NCBI GenBank assembly: GCA_902776415.1
Contig: CACYPY010000001.1
Span: 61,893-125,892 of the forward strand
Length of the DNA stretch: 64,000 bases
Direction: 5' to 3'
From: an uncultured Ruminobacter sp.
Lineage (GTDB): Bacteria > Pseudomonadota > Gammaproteobacteria > Enterobacterales > Succinivibrionaceae
Of the stretch, positions 22,126-31,732 are shown piece by piece. How positions within the stretch are numbered: the first letter of the stretch is position 1; every line of letters begins with the position of its first letter. The notes beneath the pieces are model-generated. The model was not told the DNA's origin. It saw only the letters and a program-made list of their open reading frames with translations, and searched no databases. A program made the position numbers and the translations under genes.

Positions 22126-22719
22126 TTACAATTCGGAATCCGACGAGATTCCGATATTGGAGCACGTGACATTGCAGAATTCCTCATAAAGCTCCTGAAT
22201 CCACGAGGACTCGCGTTTCCGGCGCAGTCTTGACAAAAGCTCCACCTGAAAATCCATCTCCTCCTCCATGAGCTTCCGTTCTCTGAGCTCATCGTCAGAA
22301 ATGCTCCGCTCCTCCTGCACCTCCAGAAACTTTGCCACCGTGCATACCGAAATGTTGCTGGCATTAAGAGCCTCATCACCGTTCTTTTCGGTAATGGCCT
22401 CAATTGCCAGAACCAGAGCCTGACAGGCATCGAATGCCGGGTAGGCCCCGTAGGATCCCTCCGGGTCCGGCACCGGCATCACCTTTTCGAGATCATCATG
22501 AACGATATCCAGACTGACATGATTGTTCTTGTCGGTATGATAGACCCACATGGCATCAATGGCTTTGCGGAATGCCTCCCGGAGATCCGTATCCTGCGAC
22601 AGATTGCAGTAGAGATACAGGTTGGGACTCATTCTTGATGCCAGAACCAGTGAAAACAAAGACTGCTGCCATATGCTCATTTCATCAAGAAGACGATAAA
22701 ACTTGTCACCGAAAATCAT
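22126..22719 (-). CDS. yjaG: YjaG / DUF416 family protein
   Basis: WQQSLF...RMSPN and YGAYPAFDAC motifs; start reassigned to ATG 22719. Confidence 0.8.
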   Translation of the reverse strand: MIFGDKFYRLLDEMSIWQQSLFSLVLASRMSPNLYLYCNLSQDTDLREAFRKAIDAMWVYHTDKNNHVSLDIVHDDLEKVMPVPDPEGSYGAYPAFDACQALVLAIEAITEKNGDEALNASNISVCTVAKFLEVQEERSISDDELRERKLMEEEMDFQVELLSRLRRKRESSWIQELYEEFCNVTCSNIGISSDSEL

Positions 22720-23141
22720 AGAAAACCTTTGTAAAACAAATCTCAGGTCAGACTCCGGTATTCTGCTGACAACAAAATAAAGAACCTGAGAACCTGCCGT
22801 TTCTACCTGAACCTGAGAATAACCGCAGAAAAACACTCCCGCATGCCGGCCGGTATAAACAGCAATTTTGCAATTAATTTGAATTTAGACGATCGACTGT
22901 TTCAAACTATTTTGAATAACGGCCAATTAACGTTATCATATACGAAATCTCCCTTATTTGCATGGGTGTTTTTTGTGCCGGTTTCCCGGTGCCTTTATAT
23001 CCTCCTGACAACTGTTTTTGACACTCTCTGTGCCGTTTGTTAAAAAACACCGTTTTCAGGGAACTTTTATTGCAAAAACCGGTCTCATATTGATGGTTGC
23101 CAGGTGGTTTTTGTTAACAGCGGGTTGGAGTCAGTTTTGTG

Positions 23142-24941
23142 ATGCGAGATGTCTCAGAAAATCGTTCCAGCTCAGACGAATTAAGATTTCCCATCCCGAA
23201 AAACCATGTCTATGCCATTTGCATTCTCCTGACCATTTCTCTCGTCACCGCAATTTTTCTGCCAGCCCCCCAGAAATCCTCCGACAGTCGTGCCATGCAA
23301 TGGTCCTCTACCGGCAGGGTTCCGGATATCCACCAGGATTTTCAGGGCATCACCTACTCCGATGACGTTAACGCCACCGAAAGCATTGACGAGGATCCGA
23401 TTGCCGATTCCGAACTCTTCGGCTCCTCGGATGACAGCGATGACGCTCCGGAATGGTATCTCCAGGTAGTTGTGAGAGGGGATAATATCAACAACATTTT
23501 TCTCACTCTTAATCAGCCCTACGAAATCCTGAAGGCAATTGAAAATGCTCCGGTGTACGGGAGCTCCATCAAGAAAATCATCCCCGGAGACAAAATCTAT
23601 TTCCTTTTGGACAGCAAGAATCAGGTGCTGCAGCTGGTCAAGCCCCTGGATCGGGAAAATCAGGTGCGCTACATCCGCAACAGGAATTCGGAGCAGTTGC
23701 AGTTTATTGCCGTAAAGGAACCGGTGGATACCCACATAAATCTCAATAACGAGGAAATTGAAGCTCTGAGCGCCAGGGAACTGGCAGCCCAGATGGCAAA
23801 TGCCGGAAAGACCGAAGAGGAAAAGGCCCGGGAAGAAAAAAAGAAAGCAGAACAGGCCAGACAGGCCGAACTGGCTAAGCAGCAGGAGCTGGCCCGCAAG
23901 AAGGAAGAGCAGGCTAAACGGGAACAGGCCCGCAGGGAAGAAAACAGCCGCAGAATTCAGGCTCAGGCCGCTGAAAAGCAGAAACTCAGGGAAGAAAGGG
24001 AACGGCAACGTCTTATTGCCGAAAGAAAAGCAGAAGAGGAAAGAAAACGCCGGGAGCAGGCGGCCCTTGCCAAAGCCAAGGAAGAAAAGGAAGCCAGACT
24101 CCGTGCCGAAGCAGAACGACTGAAGAAGGAGCAGGAACCGAATATTTCCGTAAGAAAGAGTCTCACCATCATCTCCCTCCAGAAAGGGGACACTCTCAAA
24201 ACTGCCGGGGTGCGGGCAGGACTCAGCGGCAGCGAAATCAAGTCCATTGTGTCAATGTTCAAGGGACGCTTCTCCATGACTAATCTGCAAGCAGGAGATG
24301 AAATCAGGATTCTGTTCAGCGGCAACCGCCAGGGGGATCGCATAAATGCCGTATCCATCCAGTCCCGCAAGCAGGGGCGCGTCAATGCCTTCAGACTGAG
24401 TTCGAACAACAAATACTATGACGAAAAGATCTTTCAGAACAAGTCCAGCGGCAAGTTCAGCCGGTACCCGATAGCAGGCCAGATTCGCATCACCAGTCAG
24501 TTCAATCCGCATCGGAGGCATCCGGTTACCGGCAAGGTACGGCCGCACAACGGCACGGATTTCGGGGTTCCCGTGGGCACGCCGGTATATGCCCCGGCAG
24601 ACGGCGTGGTCGAGAGATGCACTTACCAGAGCGCAGCAGGCTACTACATTGTAATCAAGCACCAGGGAGCCTACTCCACCGTATACATGCATCTCAGCAA
24701 GATTCTGGTCAAACCTGGTCAGACTGTAAAGGCCAACCAGCGCATCGCCCTTTCCGGAAACACCGGAAGATCAACGGGGCCGCATCTTCATTACGAGCTC
24801 AGAATCAACAATGTTCCTGTAAATGCCATGAAGGTTACCCTGCCTTCAGGAGGCTCCGCATCTCCCGATGTCTCCAGCAAGGACGCCAAGCTGTTTGCCA
24901 TTCAGGTCAGAAACTACAAAAAGCAGCTGGGAATAAAGTAA
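23142..24941 (+). CDS. mepM: Murein DD-endopeptidase MepM-like (M23) with large charged coiled-coil insertion
   Basis: N-terminal membrane anchor, LysM-like segment, RRHPVTGKVRPHNGTDF, YMHL and STGPHLHYE motifs. Confidence 0.82.
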   Translation: MRDVSENRSSSDELRFPIPKNHVYAICILLTISLVTAIFLPAPQKSSDSRAMQWSSTGRVPDIHQDFQGITYSDDVNATESIDEDPIADSELFGSSDDSDDAPEWYLQVVVRGDNINNIFLTLNQPYEILKAIENAPVYGSSIKKIIPGDKIYFLLDSKNQVLQLVKPLDRENQVRYIRNRNSEQLQFIAVKEPVDTHINLNNEEIEALSARELAAQMANAGKTEEEKAREEKKKAEQARQAELAKQQELARKKEEQAKREQARREENSRRIQAQAAEKQKLREERERQRLIAERKAEEERKRREQAALAKAKEEKEARLRAEAERLKKEQEPNISVRKSLTIISLQKGDTLKTAGVRAGLSGSEIKSIVSMFKGRFSMTNLQAGDEIRILFSGNRQGDRINAVSIQSRKQGRVNAFRLSSNNKYYDEKIFQNKSSGKFSRYPIAGQIRITSQFNPHRRHPVTGKVRPHNGTDFGVPVGTPVYAPADGVVERCTYQSAAGYYIVIKHQGAYSTVYMHLSKILVKPGQTVKANQRIALSGNTGRSTGPHLHYELRINNVPVNAMKVTLPSGGSASPDVSSKDAKLFAIQVRNYKKQLGIK

Positions 24942-25057
24942 TCTGCTCTCCTGATCCTGACGTTGTTTCTGCTCTGCCGGACAGAGAAAAAGCCTCAATC
25001 TTCCCGGCCGGAAGCCGGGAAAACTGTCTTTAACTTCCGGCACCAGCCCTCTTTGAA

Positions 25058-27598
25058 TCATGAAGCCATGGTGATTTTGCAGGGAAGACCGGTTTTTTCC
25101 GTAATCTCAGAGGTCACCGCCGCCTGCGTCGCCGGGGTAAATCCCTGCACCTTCAGCTGTACCTCCCGGTTTGCGGGCATATATGAGGGGCTTTTTTTCA
25201 GAACCAGCCCGGCACGTTCCGCAGCACTCGCCGCTATGGACAGAACCTGATTCTGCAGTACGGTATTGCCAATCAGAAGGCGCCATCCCACAGTCTCCGA
25301 GAGAGAGTCTATCTGTTTCCTGTACCGTCTGCCGATCTCCGGGGAAATGAAGGTCATTTCCATGTATTTTCCCAAATGATCGTACTTGACACCTATCTTC
25401 TGCAGGGGGATTTTTTCCTCGGCACAGATGCTTCTGACATATGAAAGCGCGGCGTTCTGTTCGTCAAACCTTCCTTTGCCTGCCGGAGCTGCCGCCTGTG
25501 TAGCAGCCTTATCCGCAGTATCACGGTTTTGAGCATTATCGGAAACCAGTGTAAGCCTCCAGCCAGTTTCCGATTTAAACCTGTCAGCTATGGCACTGTC
25601 GTTCCTGTCGCTGTTTAAAACAGTAACCTGATATCTTTTCTCAGGTTCAAAGTAGCTGATTTTTACAAGGCGCTCCTCAAGAAGCTTATGCAGAAGCTGC
25701 TGTGCGGAACCGTGATTCGTGGCCGGATGAATGGAAACCGTCCACCCGGTTTCCGCTTCAAAAAGTTCAGCCGCTGCCTTAAACGCCTCCTGATTCACGG
25801 CATCCGGAAAAATGAAGCGCAAGACCAGCTTCTTTTCCTCAGGATAAGTGCCGGCTTTGGTATAACCGAAGGATGAAAAATGCTTCCCTGCCAGTTCCTG
25901 AATCGTCTGGATAGTAAGCTCCCTTGGCTTCCTGGCATCAGACAGCTCGGCGTCTGATGCCGGATGAAACTGGAAAAGGTGCATCTCTTCTGATATGAAG
26001 CAGGCCGTGTCCAGCAGAAGCTGCTGCCAGACCGTGATTTCCGAAGAATCGGCGGCCGGCTTTCCATACCAGATTTCCATAAGCTGCATGGCTGTCCACT
26101 GCCGTTCCGGATAATGTTCCAGCACAAACTGCCGCAGCCGGGACATTCCGGATTCATCAGGAAAACCGGTTTCACCGAGAGTCCAGGGCCAGTTACGGAG
26201 ACGCTGTTTCCTCAGTGTGCGATAAGTTACCGTCGTGATTTCCCCGCACCGCGGCAGGTGAACATTCCTGAGGTGTTCTCCTGTAACAAGCCGTGCCAGA
26301 GCCGGCATGGCAGTGGCGTCACCGTGTACCAGAAAGACATCCCGCGGACTCAGTTTGGTCAGAAGGTTCAGAATCTCCCCCTGGTCTCCATGAGCTGAAA
26401 GTCCGACTTTGCAGACATTCGCCCGCACAGGAATACTCCTCCCTGCCAATGAAAAGGTCACCTCTTCAGCATCGGTTTCGGCCCCCTGACGTGCGGCGAC
26501 TTTTTCCGCCAAATCCATGAGAGCCCGGCCGGGAGCTTCCTCGTCCTGATAGCCCGTGAGAATGACCAGACCATCCTCCCGGGAAATAATTTTTTCCGCA
26601 TAGAGCACGCTGGGCCCCCCGCTGAGCATGCCTGAGCTTGCCACAAAAATGGCGGGGCCGTCTTTCTCCACAAGTTCGCCGCGATCCTGAGAGGGCAAAA
26701 CCGGTTGCACCTCCTTGGAATAGAAGGGATTAAAACCCTTCATAATGCTTTTGGCAAGCTTGTTTCTAAGACAGGAGGGGTGCAGATGATAGATCCGGCA
26801 GATTTCCCGCACCATGCCGTCCACATACACGGGAACCGGAGGAATCACTCCCCGGTTTATCCCGGAACGCAGCAAAAGAATAACCTCCTGGGCCCGTCCG
26901 AGAGCAAAACTGGGAATCAGCACTTTTTTGCCGGCGGTAACCGCTTCGGCAACCATGCGGATCAGCCGCTCCTCCTCCACCTGCCGGTTTGCATGAAGAC
27001 GATCGCCGTAGGTGGACTCCACAATGCTAATATCCGGACGAAGCCGCGGAATATGAATGCCGTCAATCGTCTGCTGAGGGAAGGTGGCAAAATCGCCCGA
27101 ATAGAAGATTGTGCCCTCCGGGGTTTTAAGATAAATACACGCCGCTCCCGCAATATGTCCGGCCGGATAGAAAACCGCGGTAATCTCCGGCAGGATTTCC
27201 TTCTCAAACTGTTCATTGAGAGGCACAATACGATCCATCATGGCAGAAACTTCCGCCTCTCCGTAAAGAGGAATTTCCTCCTCCCGGGATGACATGATCT
27301 TAAGAGAGTCATGCAAAAGCACCCGGGTGAGATCCATGGTCATGGGTGTCATGTAGATGGGGGCATCCGGAAAAGCCCGGGAAATCAGGGGAAGGGAACC
27401 GATGTGATCCATGTGCGCATGACTGATCAGAATGGCATCAATTCCGCCCATCTCCTGAACCAGCCGCAAATCCGGCAGGGGATCCCTGCTGCCCCCCTGG
27501 CGGATCCCGGCGTCCATCAGAATACCACGTTCTCCGACCCGGAAGCAGATACAGCTTCCTCCTACCTCCTGAGCGCCGCCGGCAAATCCAATTTTCAT
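25058..27598 (-). CDS. MBL/beta-CASP (CPSF-like) nuclease with extended repeated C-terminus
   Basis: GGAQEVGGSC, SHAHMDH, AGHIAGA, YSGDF, ESTYG, FALGRAQE, SSGML, GYQ, LSAHGD and LVHG motifs; SD GAGG before ATG 27598. Confidence 0.88.
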   Translation of the reverse strand: MKIGFAGGAQEVGGSCICFRVGERGILMDAGIRQGGSRDPLPDLRLVQEMGGIDAILISHAHMDHIGSLPLISRAFPDAPIYMTPMTMDLTRVLLHDSLKIMSSREEEIPLYGEAEVSAMMDRIVPLNEQFEKEILPEITAVFYPAGHIAGAACIYLKTPEGTIFYSGDFATFPQQTIDGIHIPRLRPDISIVESTYGDRLHANRQVEEERLIRMVAEAVTAGKKVLIPSFALGRAQEVILLLRSGINRGVIPPVPVYVDGMVREICRIYHLHPSCLRNKLAKSIMKGFNPFYSKEVQPVLPSQDRGELVEKDGPAIFVASSGMLSGGPSVLYAEKIISREDGLVILTGYQDEEAPGRALMDLAEKVAARQGAETDAEEVTFSLAGRSIPVRANVCKVGLSAHGDQGEILNLLTKLSPRDVFLVHGDATAMPALARLVTGEHLRNVHLPRCGEITTVTYRTLRKQRLRNWPWTLGETGFPDESGMSRLRQFVLEHYPERQWTAMQLMEIWYGKPAADSSEITVWQQLLLDTACFISEEMHLFQFHPASDAELSDARKPRELTIQTIQELAGKHFSSFGYTKAGTYPEEKKLVLRFIFPDAVNQEAFKAAAELFEAETGWTVSIHPATNHGSAQQLLHKLLEERLVKISYFEPEKRYQVTVLNSDRNDSAIADRFKSETGWRLTLVSDNAQNRDTADKAATQAAAPAGKGRFDEQNAALSYVRSICAEEKIPLQKIGVKYDHLGKYMEMTFISPEIGRRYRKQIDSLSETVGWRLLIGNTVLQNQVLSIAASAAERAGLVLKKSPSYMPANREVQLKVQGFTPATQAAVTSEITEKTGLPCKITMAS

Positions 27599-27838
27599 TG
27601 TTATTGATTCCTCAAATCTGTGAACGGAGGTCTGAAATGAATTCACAGAACGGATATTCAAAACCTCCCGTCTTATTCAATAATATCCCGGCAGTGCAGT
27701 CCGCTTAATCCCAGGAACTCAAAAACATACTTCTGTCATAACATAAGAGCAAACTCATTTTTGCAAAGAAATACAGCATAAAACGCAAAGTGTAAATTTC
27801 AGTCGTACTCGCTGAAACCTCATAAATACTGGTTTTCT

Positions 27839-29188
27839 TCAGGATTTATCACGTGACAGCAGTACAACCGTCTCGACGTGACAGGTATGCGGAAACATGT
27901 CAAAACCATAAAGGCACTCCATCCGGTAACCGAGCTTCTGAAACAGCTCCACGTCCCGCTTCTGAGTTTTGGGATTACAGGAAATGTACACAATTCCGGG
28001 AACCTTAAGAGCCGCCAGAGTGTTTATGACACTCTCCTCCAGCCCTTTTCGGGCAGGATCCAGAATCACACCGTCAAATTTCGCCCCCCCATTAACCAGC
28101 TTCGGTAGCACCTCCTCCACCAGCCCCGCATAAAATCTGACATTACCAATGCCGAATTTCCTGCTGTTATTTTCCGCATCCCTGACAGCCTCCGGAACTG
28201 CCTCGATTCCGTATACCATCCGGACTCTGCCTGCCAGCCGAAACGATATGGTCCCAATACCTGAATAAAGATCCGCTATCACGGAATCCGGAGCCGGATC
28301 CAAAAGCTCAATGGCCTTGTCATAGAGTTTTTCGGTAACCCCGGTATTTATCTGAAAAAACGACTCCGGCCTCACCAGAAAGTGCCGATCATAAAGAGAC
28401 ATTACGGCATACGGATCTCCTCTGAGAGTCTGAAACTCCTCCCCGAAAATCCGGTTCCCGGGAGCGCTGTTCCGGTTAACCGCAATATTGGAAATCCCCG
28501 CAGTCCTGAGATACTCCAACACCGGATCAGGAACAAAACCCTGTCTCAGAACCAGCACGGCGCATCTTCCGGTATCAGAAGCTTCGGAATCTCCGTTTGC
28601 CTGCCCCCTTAAAAACAGATATCTGAAATTCCCGGCAAACTCCGCCATTCCGGGATCACTGTCAGGCCCGTTTATCAGATCCCGCAACCCGTTTCTGATC
28701 CGGTTCATCCAGACCGGCTCCAGCCGGCAGTCTGGAATATCGGCAATTCTATGGGAATCCCGTTCGTAAAGTCCGAGAACAAATCTCCCGTCCGAATCCC
28801 GCTCTCCCATATAAACGGCCTTGTTACGGTAACGAAAGGGATCCGGCATTCCGGTAATCCCCATGAAAAGCTCCCTGGAAAAACCCGGAAGATCCTCATA
28901 AAGGTGCAGCAGAAAAACGGACTTGAAACCGAGCTCCGCCTCATAGGAAAGCCCGGTAAAGGAACAGCCGCCGCACCTCATGGCACAAAAGTCGGGAACT
29001 CTGTCCGGACTTTTGTCAGTAATTTTCAGAAGCTTTCCGGAAATATATCCCGGCTTTTCAACAAGAGGTTCTATAACAGCACTTTCTCCCGGAAAAACTC
29101 CGGGGACAAATACTTTTTTTCCGTTGTAAAAGGCAAGACCGGTTCCTTCGGAAGTTAATTCGGATACAGTTACGGTGATTGAAGACAT
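27839..29188 (-). CDS. rlmD: 23S rRNA (uracil-5)-methyltransferase RlmD/RumA family
   Basis: TRAM N-terminus, CxxxCGGC Fe-S motif, SFFQIN, DLYSGIG, LDPAR, ISCNP and DMFPHTCHVE motifs. Confidence 0.85.
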   Translation of the reverse strand: MSSITVTVSELTSEGTGLAFYNGKKVFVPGVFPGESAVIEPLVEKPGYISGKLLKITDKSPDRVPDFCAMRCGGCSFTGLSYEAELGFKSVFLLHLYEDLPGFSRELFMGITGMPDPFRYRNKAVYMGERDSDGRFVLGLYERDSHRIADIPDCRLEPVWMNRIRNGLRDLINGPDSDPGMAEFAGNFRYLFLRGQANGDSEASDTGRCAVLVLRQGFVPDPVLEYLRTAGISNIAVNRNSAPGNRIFGEEFQTLRGDPYAVMSLYDRHFLVRPESFFQINTGVTEKLYDKAIELLDPAPDSVIADLYSGIGTISFRLAGRVRMVYGIEAVPEAVRDAENNSRKFGIGNVRFYAGLVEEVLPKLVNGGAKFDGVILDPARKGLEESVINTLAALKVPGIVYISCNPKTQKRDVELFQKLGYRMECLYGFDMFPHTCHVETVVLLSRDKS

Positions 29189-29229
29189 CAGAAAAAGAAA
29201 AAAAACGAAGAATCAAGAATGGTTCCTCA

Positions 29230-29306
29230 TGGTGGCCCATCACTGACTTGAACAGTGGACCAAACGATTATGAGTCGTCTGCTCTAACCGACTGAGCTAA
29301 TGGGCC
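29230..29306 (-). tRNA. ileX: tRNA-Ile2 (anticodon CAT, lysidine-modified, reads AUA)
   Basis: GGCCCATTAGCTCAGTCGGTTAGAGCAGACGACTCATAATCGTTTGGTCCACTGTTCAAGTCAGTGATGGGCCACCA folds as a cloverleaf with encoded CCA. It closely resembles E. coli ileX and lies similarly downstream of rpoD. Confidence 0.92.
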
Positions 29307-29312
29307 TCGGAA

Positions 29313-29349
29313 CGGGTGCAATTATACAAGTCCAAATTAAACTTGTCTA
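29313..29349 (-). promoter_or_regulatory. Sigma-70 promoter of the tRNA with GC-rich discriminator
   Basis: TAGACA-17 bp-TATAAT followed by TGCACCCG. Confidence 0.8.
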
Positions 29350-29430
29350 TATTTCCCGCAAACTTTTTTAACCGGCAAAAAAATTCCGGAAGCAGCTCAT
29401 TTTGGCCGGAGTTCCGGGACAGGACAAATT

Positions 29431-29456
29431 AAAAAAGGGCTTTTAAAAAGCCCTCT
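29431..29456 (-). terminator. Intrinsic terminator after the downstream rpoD copy
   Basis: Minus strand AGGGCTTT-TTA-AAAGCCCT-TTTTT. Confidence 0.7.
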
Positions 29457-29497
29457 TTCTCCGATACTGAGGTTCTTGGACGGCATACCCGCCGAGT

Positions 29498-31408
29498 CTA
29501 AACCGCTTCCTGATTGCTGCTGTCCAGGAAGCTGCGGAGAGCGGTGGACCTGCTGGGATGCCGGAGCTTGCGAAGAGCCTTGGCCTCAATCTGACGAATT
29601 CTTTCCCGGGTAACATCAAACTGCTTGCCTACCTCTTCCAGGGTATGATCCGAGCTCATGCCGATCCCGAACCGCATCCTGATAACCCGGGCCTCCCGAG
29701 GGGAGAGTCCGCTCAGAGCCTTTTCGGTAATGTCCCGGAGACTGTCCACCGTGGCAACATCGGCCGGAAGCGGCAGGGTGGTATCCTCCAGAAAATCCCC
29801 ATAATGCGAATCCTCGTCGTCCCCCACAGGCTTTTCCATGGAAACCGGCTCCTTGGAAATTTTCATAACCTTCCGGATCTTGTCCACCGGAAGCCCCATC
29901 CTTTTTGCCAGATCCTCCGGGGTCGGTTCCCTGCCGTTCTCCTGCAACATCTGCCGGGAAACCCGGTTAAGCTTGTTAATGGTCTCAATCATATGCACCG
30001 GTATTCTGATGGTTCGGGCCTGATCCGCAATAGACCTGGTAATAGCCTGGCGAATCCACCAGGTGGCATAGGTGGAAAACTTGAAACCTCTCTTGTATTC
30101 AAACTTATCCACAGCCTTCATGAGGCCGATGTTGCCCTCCTGTACCAGATCCAGAAACTGCATGCCCCTGCCGGTGTACTTCTTGGCAATGGAGATGACC
30201 AGCCTGAGATTGGCATTAATCATTTCCCCCTTGGCCTTCTGGGCATTCTGATCCAGCAGGATAAGCTCCTTTTTCAGATCCCGGAGCTTATAAATCTCGA
30301 TGCAGATCCGATCCTCGATTCCCGAAATCCGTTTGAGCTCCTCCAGAATCTGCTTCCGGAGTCCGACCATCTTGGCGGCGAACGGGCGATCCAGTCCCGA
30401 AACCATCTCAAACCATTCTTCGTCAAAGGGCCTTCTGTTTTCCAGATAAAACTTGCGATAGGAAGGAAGATCCATGGAGCAGCGCTTTTTAAGAATTTCG
30501 GCCATGTAGTCATCATGAGGCCGCATTTCCGAAAAATGATCCTGGGCTACCCGGGAAAGGTAGGAAAGCTCCTTCTGCGGCAGCTTGAATCTGATAAACT
30601 CCTTCTCCATCATCGTAAGAGCACGGTGAGTCTGGGAATGCCTGAGGCCGTTTTTGATACGGGACTTTTCAAAAGAACGGTAAGCCTTCTCCAGATGAAC
30701 CATCTGGGCGGCAACTTCCTCCAGAGAAGGCCCGGCCCCGCCGGCGTCATCCATATCCCCGTCATCCTTGACCGCTCCGGCATCACCTTCATCATCCGAA
30801 TCATTGCCGGAACCGGAAGTCTCATCCTCGGAAATATCCCCGGACTCTTCTGCCAGTTCATCAAGATTTCCGGCATCGGAAGCGGCAGCATCGTCTTCCC
30901 TGATATCATCCCCCTCCGCATCTTCATCACCTTCAAGACGGAAACCGGATACCAGATCGGATACCCGGGAATTCTGACTGGAAACCTCCTGAAACTGATC
31001 CAGAAACTGCTTTACCACCAGGGGACAACGCCCCAGACATGACTGAACCCCGCGCACACTTTCTTCAATTCGTCTGGCAATCTGTACCTCTGTCTTGCGA
31101 TCCAGAAGTCCCACACTGCCCATCTCCCGCATGTACATTCTTACCGGATCGGTGGTTTTTCCGATGTCGGATATCATCTTCTCGGTCTCGGAGGCAGTCT
31201 GATTCAGAATGAGGTCATCGGATTCCGGCGGCTTGTCGTAAATCTGAATGTCCATTTCCTCGCAGCGCTGGAAAAAATCCTCCAGTTTTTCATCATCCTC
31301 AAACTCGGCAGGCAAATGCTCTTTAATCTCGGATTTTGTAAGATATCCTCTCTCTTTACCATCAATAATAAGCTGTCTTAACGAAATAAATGCAGAAGAA
31401 TTTTCCAT
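29498..31408 (-). CDS. rpoD: RNA polymerase sigma-70 factor RpoD, copy B (more canonical)
   Basis: Region 1.1, [12 protein letters not shown], acidic non-conserved region, [48 protein letters not shown] and [31 protein letters not shown]. Confidence 0.93.
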   Translation of the reverse strand: MENSSAFISLRQLIIDGKERGYLTKSEIKEHLPAEFEDDEKLEDFFQRCEEMDIQIYDKPPESDDLILNQTASETEKMISDIGKTTDPVRMYMREMGSVGLLDRKTEVQIARRIEESVRGVQSCLGRCPLVVKQFLDQFQEVSSQNSRVSDLVSGFRLEGDEDAEGDDIREDDAAASDAGNLDELAEESGDISEDETSGSGNDSDDEGDAGAVKDDGDMDDAGGAGPSLEEVAAQMVHLEKAYRSFEKSRIKNGLRHSQTHRALTMMEKEFIRFKLPQKELSYLSRVAQDHFSEMRPHDDYMAEILKKRCSMDLPSYRKFYLENRRPFDEEWFEMVSGLDRPFAAKMVGLRKQILEELKRISGIEDRICIEIYKLRDLKKELILLDQNAQKAKGEMINANLRLVISIAKKYTGRGMQFLDLVQEGNIGLMKAVDKFEYKRGFKFSTYATWWIRQAITRSIADQARTIRIPVHMIETINKLNRVSRQMLQENGREPTPEDLAKRMGLPVDKIRKVMKISKEPVSMEKPVGDDEDSHYGDFLEDTTLPLPADVATVDSLRDITEKALSGLSPREARVIRMRFGIGMSSDHTLEEVGKQFDVTRERIRQIEAKALRKLRHPSRSTALRSFLDSSNQEAV

Positions 31409-31580
31409 TATACCGCCTTAATAGATAGCACCACTCCCGAAGGGGCCGCCATTAAAACTAATGCAAAGACCATGAAAAATTGAAACTGTCGCCCTTTTGT
31501 CACAGAAAAACGGAAGGCCTGCTGAAAGAAATGCACCGGCGCAAAATTATGAAAAAAGAGGACTCCCATAATTAAATGGG

Positions 31581-31653
31581 GTATAGGATTTTAGATCCAG
31601 GAGATGTCGCGTGTTAAACGCTGAATTGAAAAAATATGATCTATGTCACATTA
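31581..31653 (-). promoter_or_regulatory. Predicted CRP class I promoter of rpoD copy B
   Basis: AAATATGATCTATGTCACATTA (31632-31653; 18/22 to CRP consensus), -35 TTAACA (31612-31617), 18-bp spacer, -10 TAAAAT (31588-31593). The site centre falls at -61.5 if +1 is 31581. Confidence 0.7.
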
Positions 31654-31670
31654 ATAGACGTATCCCGCTA

Positions 31671-31698
31671 TAAAGTCTGACAGGGACGTCAGACTTTA
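31671..31698 (-). terminator. Hairpin between the two rpoD genes
   Basis: 11-bp perfect stem TAAAGTCTGAC/GTCAGACTTTA with a 6-nt loop, about 35 nt after the copy A stop. Confidence 0.65.
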
Positions 31699-31732
31699 TT
31701 ATGCGTTGATTTCCTTTTCCTTAAAAAAGGGC

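Noticed and set aside
29230-29306. tRNA as Met, or as a prophage attachment site
   Set aside because: The sequence matches the Ile2 (ileX) type rather than Met. I found no substantial duplicate of its 3' end and no integrase in the window.
29558-31042. 494-aa plus-strand ORF opposite rpoD copy B; similar long antisense ORFs lie opposite recJ (59172-60638), apaH, hflX, obgE and deaD
   Set aside because: Antisense shadows expected from codon bias in GC-rich genes; no domain signatures or SD support.
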